Shown: piece after piece, positions 1-8,738 of the stretch
Layout of the letters: each line of letters begins with the position of its first letter
Numbering within the stretch: the stretch's first letter is position 1
Source of the DNA: a virus
Taxonomy: Duplodnaviria; Caudoviricetes
Length of the DNA: 27,325 nucleotides
Virus record (IMG/VR): IMGVR_UViG_3300033475_000130
Location: 1-27,325 of that record
Direction: 5' to 3' (one strand)
Notes under the pieces: model-generated
What the model saw: only the letters and a program-made list of their open reading frames with translations
Database searches by the model: none
Told to the model about the DNA's origin: nothing
Translations under genes and position numbers: made by a program

Positions 1-328
1 ACCGGTAATCCGGCATAGATGAGAGGCGATAGGCACCCCCGATCGTGCTATCGAGAATCCGGGTGATCGCACCCGCAGCCCAACCATCGTTGCGACGAAG
101 GTCACGCGAGCGCGAGACCATGCGGTCGCGAAACTGGTTGATCTCGGCATCAGGCGACCGAATCCATGGCAACCAGTCCGACATCTCGGACGTGTACCAG
201 TCAGCTGCCTCATAGGGGAATATGGTCCCCTGCGGGCCGCCATTCAGTCCGGCGCGGGTGTTCGGCCTGCCACTTGGAGAAGACTTCGGTGTGGCAAAAA
301 GGCTCCTCGCTCGACTGATCAAACCCAT
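1..328 (-). CDS. Phage portal protein, lambda family (5' part; runs off the window)
   Basis: Manual translation from ATG 328: MGLISRARSLF...FPYEAADWYTSEMSDWLPWIRSPDAEINQFRDRMVSRSRDLRRNDGWAAGAITRILDSTIG. The RSRDLxRND motif is typical, and the gene follows gpW. Confidence 0.9.
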   Translation of the reverse strand, partial: MGLISRARSLFATPKSSPSGRPNTRAGLNGGPQGTIFPYEAADWYTSEMSDWLPWIRSPDAEINQFRDRMVSRSRDLRRNDGWAAGAITRILDSTIGGAYRLSSMPDYR

Positions 329-329
329 A

Positions 330-602
330 TCAGAAACCCGGCCTCATCGCGCGGCGCCGGCCGCCGAGACCCAGCACATAGGCAAGGGTGTCGATGCGCT
401 GTGTCAGCATTCCGATATCGGCTTTCGTGTAGCTGACGCTCTTACTGCCATCCCCTTGCGTGTAGGAGACCGCCTCAGGGTTCTGGCCCATGCTCAGCGC
501 CTGCAAGGCAGTCTGCGCCTGGGTGAGCCAAAGCTGCAAAGTTGCTTGCGGAACGCCGACAAATTCGGCCGGGATTCTGCGCGGAGGGCCGCTGCAATAC
601 AT
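330..602 (-). CDS. gpW-family head-tail joining protein
   Basis: AQTALQALSMGQNPEAVSYTQGDGSKSVSYTKADIGMLTQRI...RRRAMRP; lies between terL and portal; start uncertain (602 or 617). Confidence 0.85.
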   Translation of the reverse strand: MYCSGPPRRIPAEFVGVPQATLQLWLTQAQTALQALSMGQNPEAVSYTQGDGSKSVSYTKADIGMLTQRIDTLAYVLGLGGRRRAMRPGF

Positions 603-625
603 CGCGGAGACCTTCAAGGTTTCAG

Positions 626-2602
626 CTATGCCAGCCGCATCGCCAGCGACTTGCGTTGTTCTCTACCCTGGTTCGTCTTCGCAAACGGAGAGGGCACGAT
701 CGGCGCCGAGACCGGTCCGGTGTCGGCCACCGGAAGGGGAGGGGTGGCCTCCTTCTCGTTCGCCGCATCAACGCCGTCTGCGCGGCGGTTCAGCTTCAGC
801 CCGAGATGGATGAGGCCGCAGAGCGCCGCATAAGCATAGACCCGCATATCGAGTGCCTCATTCGCGCGCCCGGGCGGCAATTCCCAGACACGGAAGCGCT
901 GCCCGTTCATCTGCTTGACAACTGAGCGCTCGCTGACGAGCTGGGCGAAATAGTTCACATCCCGGTCGCTCGGGAAATGCATGAAGCCAGGCCCTGCCGC
1001 CTCGGTGTGGAGGCGATCGCGGATCACATCCTTCGCCGCGTTTACGCCGATGATAACAGGGCGATAAGTCGACCGGTTGCGGGCGCTCGGCCGCTTCGTT
1101 GGCCAGACAGGAGACCGGGCCCCGCCGCGGGCCGATTCACCCTTGATCGCCCATATCCGCCGGCCGATGCGGGCTTTGCAGAACTCGTAGGCGCGCTGCG
1201 TGTGATGACCACCAGAGTCAACGCAGGCAGCCTCAACGACGAAGCCATTGCCGTCCGCGCGGTGCCATACTCGCTTGAGGTATTCGTCTACCTTGTCCCA
1301 GGTCGCAGTCAGGCCTGGGTCGCCCTCGATCACTTCGTGATCGATCGACCAGCTTTCCTCGTCTCGGCCCCAGCCGACGACCTCGATCTCAATGCGATCG
1401 TCCTGGGTGTCGATCCCTGCCGTCAGGAGAGCAACGCCGTCAGGAACGTCTGCGGCCCAAACCTCACGCTGGCTGAGCAGCCGCAGTTCGCTCAGTGCGT
1501 GATCGCCGCGATCCTCATAGGGCTCACCGAGCACCAGGTTGATGAAGGTCTGTCGAGCCAGCGGGTCTGACTGCACCCGCAACCATTCGGCCACGAGGTT
1601 CGCCCAGCATGCATTCGAGAACAGGCTGTATCCGGCCCAGATATGAAACCCAGCATGACCTCTGAATGGAGCGCCAGCGATCCACTCGCCGGCGGCGATC
1701 ATCTCTGGCTTATCGGCTTCGTCAATGATGCAGCCATTGGCGCGGCAAACGTAGAATGCCGTTTCCGGCATATGGGTTCCGTCGTCGGACTTCCTCCACT
1801 TGATCCCGTGCGGAGTGTCCCGGCCTCCCCATTCAAGGGGCTGCATCGCGCCGCAGTGCGGGCACGGGACGTGGTATCGCCGCTGGTCGCTCTCCAGCCA
1901 GGACTTCTCAATTCGGCTGACACCCTTGATCGTCGGAGTGCTTCCCAGAACCACGCGCCGATTCCAAAATGTCTCGGACCGCTTCGTGCCCAGTGCGATT
2001 TGGTCACCCTCGGACCCAGCACCACCACTCGGATATCCGTCCACCTCATCGAAGAGGATGATGCGGGCAGTGATGCGCCGAAATCCGCCGGGGCTATTCG
2101 CCCCGACCAGCGTGAGACTCGATCCGTTGAGAAACAGCTTCTTCAGAATCGTTTGGTCTGTCGCCTTCGCCCTGGGGTCAGGCCGGATGGCTGCAAGAGC
2201 TGGCGTGTCGCGCAGCATCGGAGCGATTTCGGTCTTCGAATAATCCTCGGCATCCTCAACGCGAGGCTGGACCACAAGAATAGGGGAGGGGTCCTGCGAT
2301 AGGTAATAGCCGATCGCATGATCGAGGATTTTCGTGTAGCCAACACGAGCCGACTTCATCACCGTGATCTTTCCGACCGCCGGATCCGTTATCGCGTCCA
2401 TGATACCATTCTGGTATCCGAACGCCTCGAAGCGACCCGTCTGCGCACTCGTCTCTTTCGAGAGAACTGCGTAGCGTTCGGCCCACTGGCTGAGGGTCAG
2501 CTTCGGCGGGGGTCGAAGATTGTCACGGATCGTCTCCGCAGTCGCCAATACCAACGCATCATAACCGCGCTGATACCGCCGCTCAGACGGGGCGGTCGCC
2601 AT
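626..2602 (-). CDS. terL: Terminase large subunit, lambda gpA family
   Basis: Walker A-like MKSARVGYTK, Walker B ILFDEVDGY, STPT, CPHCG zinc ribbon, nuclease motifs TAGIDTQDDR and NEALD. Confidence 0.97.
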   Translation of the reverse strand: MATAPSERRYQRGYDALVLATAETIRDNLRPPPKLTLSQWAERYAVLSKETSAQTGRFEAFGYQNGIMDAITDPAVGKITVMKSARVGYTKILDHAIGYYLSQDPSPILVVQPRVEDAEDYSKTEIAPMLRDTPALAAIRPDPRAKATDQTILKKLFLNGSSLTLVGANSPGGFRRITARIILFDEVDGYPSGGAGSEGDQIALGTKRSETFWNRRVVLGSTPTIKGVSRIEKSWLESDQRRYHVPCPHCGAMQPLEWGGRDTPHGIKWRKSDDGTHMPETAFYVCRANGCIIDEADKPEMIAAGEWIAGAPFRGHAGFHIWAGYSLFSNACWANLVAEWLRVQSDPLARQTFINLVLGEPYEDRGDHALSELRLLSQREVWAADVPDGVALLTAGIDTQDDRIEIEVVGWGRDEESWSIDHEVIEGDPGLTATWDKVDEYLKRVWHRADGNGFVVEAACVDSGGHHTQRAYEFCKARIGRRIWAIKGESARGGARSPVWPTKRPSARNRSTYRPVIIGVNAAKDVIRDRLHTEAAGPGFMHFPSDRDVNYFAQLVSERSVVKQMNGQRFRVWELPPGRANEALDMRVYAYAALCGLIHLGLKLNRRADGVDAANEKEATPPLPVADTGPVSAPIVPSPFAKTNQGREQRKSLAMRLA

Positions 2603-3134
2603 CGGCAGAAAGTTCCTCCAAAATTCGAGTGACCATATCCAGCATCATGTCTTGAAGCTCGGCCACCGTCTTGCATCGGTGCAGCTTGGGGGCCTGCTCG
2701 GCCGGCAAAGCCAACAGTCTCGTGCGAACCCTGGACAGCTGCTCACCAAGAACCTTGGTTACCGCGGCGATTTCGACGACGGACCCGGATTTCAGGTCAT
2801 ACTCAATCTGCTTCAGACGAGCGACAAAGCTGTCCCGATAGCGCTCAGCGTCATTCCGTGATGCGAAGACGCCTTCGGCTTCTATAATTGCTATGGCAGC
2901 GCGCGCATTGGCGGCTGCAGGACCGTCGACCGGAATGTCCATGACAGCACTGGAGACCCGAGGACTTCCGCCACGCGCCGCTCGCCGGCCGCACTGCCAT
3001 TCATCAATGCCGGTTGGATCGACGCTGCCATCCACCATGGTTCTCAAGTGGCCGCGCTCACGCGCTTTTCTGATAGCCGTGTGGCTCACGCCAGCTATTT
3101 GGGCGGCGGCTCTATCGGAAAGACCGATAGGCAT
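2583..3134 (-). CDS. terS: Terminase small subunit (Nu1-like)
   Basis: N-terminal HTH (LSDRAAAQIAGVSHTAIRKA) and C-terminal ARLKQIEY...VRTRLLALP; overlaps the terL start. Confidence 0.85.
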   Translation of the reverse strand: MPIGLSDRAAAQIAGVSHTAIRKARERGHLRTMVDGSVDPTGIDEWQCGRRAARGGSPRVSSAVMDIPVDGPAAANARAAIAIIEAEGVFASRNDAERYRDSFVARLKQIEYDLKSGSVVEIAAVTKVLGEQLSRVRTRLLALPAEQAPKLHRCKTVAELQDMMLDMVTRILEELSADGDRPV

Positions 3135-3790
3135 CAGCGCTGCCCTTTGGCGAACATCGAATCGACTACCTTTTGGATTGCATCCCCAAGTGCCTTAGGA
3201 AGTTCCTTGTCGACGATCTTCTGAGCTCGATCGACAAAGTCGAGATGCTTCTTAACCTCAAGCGCATCGCCAAATCGGACGAGGAGCTTCAATCCGATGC
3301 GCTCCGTGCCAGCCTTGAGCTTGCGGCGACGTTTGGCGCCCTTAGCGATAGCTGGCGGCCTCTGCCACAAACCGGTCACGCCATGAACGGTCCCGATGAA
3401 ATTGCCGGGCTTTTCTGCCAGTTCCTTGAACTGCGCCTGGCGCATCTGGCCATAGGCATCAAGCCGAACGGATTTGGGATTAAGCAACACTTTCCCAGGA
3501 AGCTCGTGAAGGCCGCCAGTCTCGTAGGGCGCAAGGTATTTCGCAACTTCGGGGCGCACAAAGACCGTGGCGACGGGGGTAGCCTTCGTGGCAGAAGCCA
3601 TGAAGACGGAATTCTTGGTAAAGGGCCGGGGATGAGCGAACAGTTCTCCAATCGCGGCCCGCTCCTGCGCCCGAACCGCACGGCCGACACTGTTGATCGC
3701 TACAGCGGCGGCAAACGGAACCTGCTTTTTGAAATCGCCGAAGGCGCGTTCGAGCACACTCGTGTCGACTTGAACCAAAAGCGCTGGCAT
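3134..3790 (-). CDS. Conserved phage protein upstream of terS (possibly gpZ/HK97-gp10-like tail completion type)
   Basis: KQVPFAAAVAINSVG...FAHPRPFTKNS; basic; TGATG coupling on both sides. Confidence 0.55.
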   Translation of the reverse strand: MPALLVQVDTSVLERAFGDFKKQVPFAAAVAINSVGRAVRAQERAAIGELFAHPRPFTKNSVFMASATKATPVATVFVRPEVAKYLAPYETGGLHELPGKVLLNPKSVRLDAYGQMRQAQFKELAEKPGNFIGTVHGVTGLWQRPPAIAKGAKRRRKLKAGTERIGLKLLVRFGDALEVKKHLDFVDRAQKIVDKELPKALGDAIQKVVDSMFAKGQR

Positions 3791-4029
3791 CAGCGTTTCC
3801 GTGTCGGTCCCGAAGCAGACGCGTGATCTCGACAAAAGTCGTGCGGAGAAACCGTAGGCCAGATCGCCATAAGTCTCTCAGCAGGGTTATCAGTCCGACC
3901 AGCGAGGGCTACCGCGTGGCCGAATACAGCAGACACGACTGCCTGAGGCGCGGCTCCATGGCATTCTCCCACAGACCCATCACCCTCGGCACAAACAAAC
4001 CAACGGCAGGTGGAGCAGCTATCCGCCAT
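3790..4029 (-). CDS. Small Cys-rich protein (CxxC..GxC..C)
   Basis: MADSCSTCRWF...SVGECHG...WPTVSPHDFC; first gene after the putative late promoter. Confidence 0.65.
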   Translation of the reverse strand: MADSCSTCRWFVCAEGDGSVGECHGAAPQAVVSAVFGHAVALAGRTDNPAERLMAIWPTVSPHDFCRDHASASGPTRKR

Positions 4030-4107
4030 TGCTTCTCTACCTTGGGCTTCTATGTAACGGGATGATTGCTGCTCAGCGCCCATCAGGCACAACTCGCAAC
4101 TCTAGCG

Positions 4108-4158
4108 AAGGTTACGCACGCAGCCGGGTGGTAGTCAAGTGGTAGTGCGTAACCACCC
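4108..4158 (-). promoter_or_regulatory. Putative late promoter (TTGACT-N18-TAACCT) inside a 10-bp inverted repeat
   Basis: -35 TTGACT (4138-4133); IR GGTTACGCAC (4110-4119) / GTGCGTAACC (4145-4154); direct repeat GTGGTAGT x2; intergenic, upstream of the packaging genes. Confidence 0.5.
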
Positions 4159-4172
4159 ACGCTGTTCGCCCC

Positions 4173-5012
4173 TCAATTCGGTGACGGGCCAACAAAGTCT
4201 GCCGCGCGGATGCGGGAGGGCCCAAGTGACTTCTCGGGAGAATAGAACTCGACCAATCTATCGAGTCCGGAAACAAGCTGACCCATGGCCACGCGATAGT
4301 CGATACCCTGCTGCTCGGCCCAGGTAGTCACAGAGAGGCAGTCGAAGGCAACGGCAGCGAGGATCATGACGGATCCACCAAGCCATGCAAGGACGCCCTC
4401 GAGTTCAGCCCGCATCGTGCACTGCGATAGAAGCGCAGACTGCTTCGCTTCCGATATGCCGGACGCCCAGGAACCGCCGCTTGCTGACTTGCTGAGGTAG
4501 TCGCTCGACCCTCCTAGTCCAATGCCGCCAGCCACCTCCTCATGGGTGCGGATAAGGCGCTCCACGGCCATCACGTGCTTCTCGGTGATCAGCTTTGGAG
4601 AGACTTTGTGAAGGCGCCGCACTACGTTGACGCGAGCGAAGGTTATCCCATCACGCTCGAGTAACGGGCCTCGGACCACGTTGCCCTGCGGATCTGTCAC
4701 AGCCGTGCGCCGAACAGAAGGGGCGATCGCCTCGGCCTCAGCCTCCTCTCTCGCAGCGTTCTGCGCGGCGATCATGATGGCGCGTTGTTTTTCCTGCGCC
4801 CGCTTGAGTCTGGCGCGGAATGCCTTCGCCTGCTTTCGAGACATTGGCTCAGAGGGGGCTGCGGGCAATGGCGTGACAAGCGCCTCGATCTTCGGCGCTC
4901 CATTCCTGATCACAGATTCGACCCGCGCCCGCTCCGAAGCCTGCTCAGCGTCGATGCGTGCGATCGATGCGGTCTGCTCCGGCGTGAGATCGCGGTGAAC
5001 TTTTGCCAGCAT
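4173..5012 (-). CDS. DUF6456-like putative late transcription regulator (in the Q position)
   Basis: C-terminal LITEKHVMAVERL...ILAAVAFDCLSVTTWAEQQG...GLDRLVEFY pattern; lies between replication and packaging genes. Confidence 0.55.
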   Translation of the reverse strand: MLAKVHRDLTPEQTASIARIDAEQASERARVESVIRNGAPKIEALVTPLPAAPSEPMSRKQAKAFRARLKRAQEKQRAIMIAAQNAAREEAEAEAIAPSVRRTAVTDPQGNVVRGPLLERDGITFARVNVVRRLHKVSPKLITEKHVMAVERLIRTHEEVAGGIGLGGSSDYLSKSASGGSWASGISEAKQSALLSQCTMRAELEGVLAWLGGSVMILAAVAFDCLSVTTWAEQQGIDYRVAMGQLVSGLDRLVEFYSPEKSLGPSRIRAADFVGPSPN

Positions 5013-5080
5013 GGGTCGAAGCTCCTGGAGAAAGACGGCCTGGGGATTTGCCGTCGTGGATTATGCAACTCGGGGTTGAG

Positions 5081-5193
5081 CGGAAACCGAACTTTTGGCA
5101 GGTGGAAACTTGGAAACCTCAGTTTGGAACCCTGGCTAGGGATACATCGGGCTCGCGCAATGCCCGTGCGATTTCAAAGGCTTAGAGGGACCC
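5081..5193 (-). promoter_or_regulatory. Putative cos packaging site (cosQ/cosN/cosB-like)
   Basis: The - strand reads GGGTCCC-N20-CGGGCATTGCGCGAGCCCG, then GTTTCC/GTTCC repeats; compare lambda cosQ GGGTCCT upstream of cosN; the terminase is gpA-type. Confidence 0.55.
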
Positions 5194-5314
5194 AATACCC
5201 CCCGGGGGGGGGTGTCGGGGAGAGGGGGGATGGGCGAGGGGATGAGGGCGGCCCGCCCTCGCCACCGGAGGGATAGCCTCCAAGCTTGAGCGGTCCCGTG
5301 GCCGGGTGATGGGG

Positions 5315-6340
5315 TCAAGCTGCATCGACTGACAATCCCCCGGGCTTCAGGTCGATCAAGCGAGCCGAACGAAAGACTGCTTCGCCGAGCCTGGGGTAAT
5401 CCAGCCACAGCTCGCCGTTCTGCACGTTGCCCGCGATCCAATCTTCGCGCTTGGGCACTCGTATCGATCCAGGACAACCGTCGTTTCGCCACCGCGTCAG
5501 GATCCGCGACCACTGTTCCGATGCGAGGCGCTGTTCTGACGTGAGGCAGATCTGGCCGACAGCTTCGGTTTTCAGGCTATTCCTTCCACTCTCAGCGTCG
5601 CTCCGACACCAGTTTCGCCAGGTCGCCGACCAGTCGAGCTTCATCCCAGAAGCCCCTGCTTTGGAGCGCCAATAATCCAGAAATTTGGGCAAAACCATTG
5701 CGACGTCTAGGCCGCAGCCGGTTGCAAATCCGCAATCATCGTCCGACGGGCGCCAATCTTCCGGCAATCTCGTTCCGTTCGGCTCTTGCCTCGCCTCGCG
5801 CGCGACACCCGACCGAAGGGAGGGTTCTTTCTTCTCCTTCCTTCCTCCTCCATCCTCCATCTGCGGAGACTTTTCCCCCTTTGTGGAAACCGGTGGGGAA
5901 CTGGTGGGGAACCGGTCGGGAACTTCTTCTGATTGATCGCTCCCGTTTTCGGAAGCATGCTCAGCTTGAACTTCGATAAGTTCGGAACCCGGCTTATCTG
6001 TAGCCGCGTATTTCCTCCACTCGACGGGAATGGGATAGATCGAGTTCGGTTTTTTGGGTCTTTGCCACCGACCGAAGTTACGAACCGCGCCATACTGACG
6101 ACCATCGACTTCGTATCGGGCAACGATGTCTGCGCTCACCAGTTCCGCCAGCAGGGATGAAACATCCACGTTGTCGGCTGGCATGAGCTTCATTTTGAGG
6201 CCTAACGGCTTCCATTCGAATGCGCCCCTGTCGTCGCACTCGTTCCATATGCCGATGGCAAGCAGCCGAGCGCCTAAAGAGACAGAGACGAATGCTTCAT
6301 CTGTCCAGAGGCCGGGGTGAACTGACCTGATGCGCGCCAT
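5315..6340 (-). CDS. Phage replication initiator (O-like, DnaT-like C-terminus)
   Basis: MARIRSVHPGLWTDE N-terminus, DDRGAFEW, low-complexity linker with repeats, GTRLPEDWRPS...DWSATWRNWCR. Confidence 0.8.
   Translation of the reverse strand: MARIRSVHPGLWTDEAFVSVSLGARLLAIGIWNECDDRGAFEWKPLGLKMKLMPADNVDVSSLLAELVSADIVARYEVDGRQYGAVRNFGRWQRPKKPNSIYPIPVEWRKYAATDKPGSELIEVQAEHASENGSDQSEEVPDRFPTSSPPVSTKGEKSPQMEDGGGRKEKKEPSLRSGVAREARQEPNGTRLPEDWRPSDDDCGFATGCGLDVAMVLPKFLDYWRSKAGASGMKLDWSATWRNWCRSDAESGRNSLKTEAVGQICLTSEQRLASEQWSRILTRWRNDGCPGSIRVPKREDWIAGNVQNGELWLDYPRLGEAVFRSARLIDLKPGGLSVDAA
5885..5923. repeat. 11-bp iterons of the putative phage origin inside the initiator gene
   Basis: GGAAAC CGGTGGGGAAC TGGTGGGGAAC CGGTCGGGAAC. 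Confidence 0.6.
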
Positions 6341-6729
6341 TAGTCTTTCACCTCGTGGATCTCGACGACGGTCTTTCCCTGACCAGGGGGACAGATGACC
6401 GTCAGAAGTTTGAGCTCGAGCGCGCCTGGCGCATCATTGGCGATAATCCCGAGGCCATTCGGGCATCGCTTGGAGTAGGGCTGCAGCACGTCGAGCAGCG
6501 GCTTCAAGCCGCCGTATAGGCCGTCAACATCCGGACGGCCCGCAGAGTGCCGTTCGACCACCAGCCGGGCCTTGGCGAAGGGCTGAGGTGGGCGCTTGCC
6601 CACCGTCAAGGCCAAGACCTCCTGAGCGACGGCGGCTCGGTGCTTGGCGTAGACGCGATGGTGCATACCACGCAGCTCATTGAGAGTTTTCGTCGGAGCG
6701 CCCAACGTGAAGGAGATCTCAGCGCTCAT
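6340..6729 (-). CDS. RusA-like Holliday junction resolvase
   Basis: PTKTLNE...RPDVDGLYGGLKPLLDVL...GIIAND; adjacent to the initiator gene. Confidence 0.65.
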   Translation of the reverse strand: MSAEISFTLGAPTKTLNELRGMHHRVYAKHRAAVAQEVLALTVGKRPPQPFAKARLVVERHSAGRPDVDGLYGGLKPLLDVLQPYSKRCPNGLGIIANDAPGALELKLLTVICPPGQGKTVVEIHEVKD

Positions 6730-6947
6730 ATTGCCGGAATCTCAATGAACTTAACCACGCGCTTAAGTCCGGCTGCTCTCAGGATGCGATCGCTAGCCGG
6801 CCTGCGCGCGTTGAGCACCAGGCTGATCATTTGCTCCGAGCATCCAGCACGCTCCGCAAATGCACGCTGGCCGCCGGCTTCCCGGCATGCCTTTGTAATG
6901 CGGGCATAGACGGCGACCTCATCAAGTTCGGCGCTCACGCTGATCAC
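6726..6947 (-). CDS. Small XRE/Cro-type HTH protein
   Basis: GGQRAFAERAGCSEQMISLVLNARRP. Confidence 0.8.
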   Translation of the reverse strand: MISVSAELDEVAVYARITKACREAGGQRAFAERAGCSEQMISLVLNARRPASDRILRAAGLKRVVKFIEIPAI

Positions 6948-7237
6948 ATCCCGAGCGCGCGGCGGTAGACGTCGAGTAGGGTCTCCTGCTCCTCGACATC
7001 CGCAGGCTCCTGCTTCCGGATACGAATAAGCTGGCGGAGCACCTTCACATCGAAGCCTGCACTCTTCGCCTCTGCGAAGATATCCTTGATGTCGGAGCTC
7101 AGTGCCTTGCGCTCTTCCTCAAGTCTCTCGATCCGCTCGATAATACTGCGCAGCCGATCGGCCGCGATGTTGCCCTGCGATGCGGCATCTGCAGTTTCAG
7201 ACGCCTCCCAACCGCTATTGTGTCCCACGTCACTCAT
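6944..7237 (-). CDS. gapR: GapR-family (DUF2312) nucleoid-associated protein
   Basis: AADRLRSIIERIERLEEERKALSSDIKDIFAEAKSAGFDVKVLRQLIRIRK...LLDVYRRALGM. Confidence 0.93.
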   Translation of the reverse strand: MSDVGHNSGWEASETADAASQGNIAADRLRSIIERIERLEEERKALSSDIKDIFAEAKSAGFDVKVLRQLIRIRKQEPADVEEQETLLDVYRRALGM

Positions 7238-7251
7238 ATTCGTCGGAGACC

Positions 7252-7560
7252 TCAAAAAGAGGCGACTGGACCCGAAGACCCAGCCGCCTGAGTTGGGGAG
7301 GAAAACGCAGCAGAAGAGCCCTGCCGCCCGGCATCACCCACCAAGGTGGTGGTGACCTGGTTTGCGGAAGCAGCGCACGCCACCCACGAGGAGCAAGAAT
7401 GCTCCGGCCTGGTGCGCCAACCGCGAGAAGAGAGATCGTTTAGCAATATCGCGCATGCGCCATGCTCATCACCGTCGTCGTCCTCAGCCCACCACCAACA
7501 GGTCGAGCATGAGACGCACTCCGAGGCGTGGCTGTCTGAGTATAGATCTTGCTCGGTCAC
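7252..7560 (-). CDS. Small Cys-rich protein (CxxC..GxC..C)
   Basis: SCSTCWWW...HGAC...EHSCSSW; 4-nt start/stop overlap with the upstream gene. Confidence 0.55.
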   Translation of the reverse strand: MTEQDLYSDSHASECVSCSTCWWWAEDDDGDEHGACAILLNDLSSRGWRTRPEHSCSSWVACAASANQVTTTLVGDAGRQGSSAAFSSPTQAAGSSGPVASF

Positions 7561-7820
7561 TCAGATGATCTCCGACGCAAAGCAATTGCGGAGAACTCCG
7601 CGGATCCAGACGAGGTGAGAACGTACTGGTTTGCACCCTCTCCCCAGGTTAGAAGGCCGGCGTTGATGAGATTGTCGATGTGCCGCGGGCGGTCGAAGAG
7701 CCGATCCTCTACGGGATCTGCCGAGCCCCCCCCTGCGCCGAACCCTCCAGCGGCCATCACGAAGCCATTGGCGGCCGCTTTACCTAGAACGCGCCTTTGC
7801 GCATCTGTGATGCGAGTCAT
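7557..7820 (-). CDS. Hypothetical phage protein (possible winged helix)
   Basis: ITDAQRRVL...IDNLINAGLL...YVLTSSG; TGATG-coupled. Confidence 0.6.
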   Translation of the reverse strand: MTRITDAQRRVLGKAAANGFVMAAGGFGAGGGSADPVEDRLFDRPRHIDNLINAGLLTWGEGANQYVLTSSGSAEFSAIALRRRSSE

Positions 7821-8038
7821 CAGACAGAATCCTTCATGCGGAACTGAAAGACCTTCATGCCGTTGTCATCGACCTGGCGCGTCTCAACACGGTCCATGTC
7901 ACGCAGAGCGCGCACCTCGTCGATCGACCTCGGAGACCCAGGAGACGGTTCCATGCGACCGAGCGCGAGTAGGGCGTAGGTTGCCCACGGCGCGGATGGC
8001 GAACGCCTGGACCGGGAGAATCGGCTCATGCGAGCCAC
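7820..8038 (-). CDS. Hypothetical phage protein
   Basis: Fills the operon with overlaps on both sides. Confidence 0.45.
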   Translation of the reverse strand: MARMSRFSRSRRSPSAPWATYALLALGRMEPSPGSPRSIDEVRALRDMDRVETRQVDDNGMKVFQFRMKDSV

Positions 8039-8562
8039 CCAGAAATGATCGGGGCGCCTCTGTGCTCGCGGTCGAACACAAACCAGGCGTAATCGAGCGA
8101 TCCGCCACTGGCCTTCACGAGGGCTTCGCCGGGCGGCATCGACGGCCGGCGGCTGAGGACGTAGACGCGTGCTAGGGGCCCGCTCTCATACCAGGGCTTG
8201 CGGCCTCGTGACGCCAGGAAGGCGAGGGAGGCCACCACGGCGACCTTCCCGGTGGTCAGCCTCAGCGCATGGTCCACGAACGCCTGGAGCCGCTTGTATG
8301 GCGGGTTGCTGATAATTGAGACCGAGGTGGGCTGCGTCAGCTCGAAGAAATCGAGACCAACGGCACCGTAGCCACGATCAACGATGTCCGAGCCGATCGC
8401 GGAGATGCCACGCGCCAGACACCGGGCTGGAATGGTACCTCGTCCGCAGCAAGGGTCCCAAATGGCCGGGCCGAAATCCTCGCGGTCCAACAGCAGGTCT
8501 ACGGACCACGGCGGCTCAACATACCAGTCTTCCTCCGCGCGAGCATATCCGGACGCCCTCAC
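8026..8562 (-). CDS. Small orphan amino (N6-adenine) DNA methyltransferase
   Basis: SAM motif IWDPCCGRGTI, catalytic IISNPPY, DWYVEPPW, YAWFVFD. Confidence 0.85.
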   Translation of the reverse strand: MRASGYARAEEDWYVEPPWSVDLLLDREDFGPAIWDPCCGRGTIPARCLARGISAIGSDIVDRGYGAVGLDFFELTQPTSVSIISNPPYKRLQAFVDHALRLTTGKVAVVASLAFLASRGRKPWYESGPLARVYVLSRRPSMPPGEALVKASGGSLDYAWFVFDREHRGAPIISGWLA

Positions 8563-8738
8563 GACTTTTCTCCCGACGACCGGGCGCGCCGTGCAGCCGA
8601 TGCTCTGCGGCCTTCAAGAACCTGGTCACGGCGGAGTGCGGCTTTTATGCGAGGTAAAGCCCAGTTGATTTGATTCTCGCCGTCCTGGTGCACAGCTAGG
8701 CAAAACCTCAACCACAGCCAGTTAAGCCACCACTTCAT
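8559..8738 (-). CDS. Hypothetical 59-aa protein (not in the ORF track)
   Basis: MKWWLNWLWLRFCLAVHQ...SGEKS*; ATGA and GTGA overlaps with both neighbours. Confidence 0.55.
   Translation of the reverse strand: MKWWLNWLWLRFCLAVHQDGENQINWALPRIKAALRRDQVLEGRRASAARRARSSGEKS

Noticed and set aside
222-3826. Many + strand ORFs over the packaging genes
   Set aside because: They are antisense shadows of well-supported portal, gpW, terL and terS genes in high-GC DNA.
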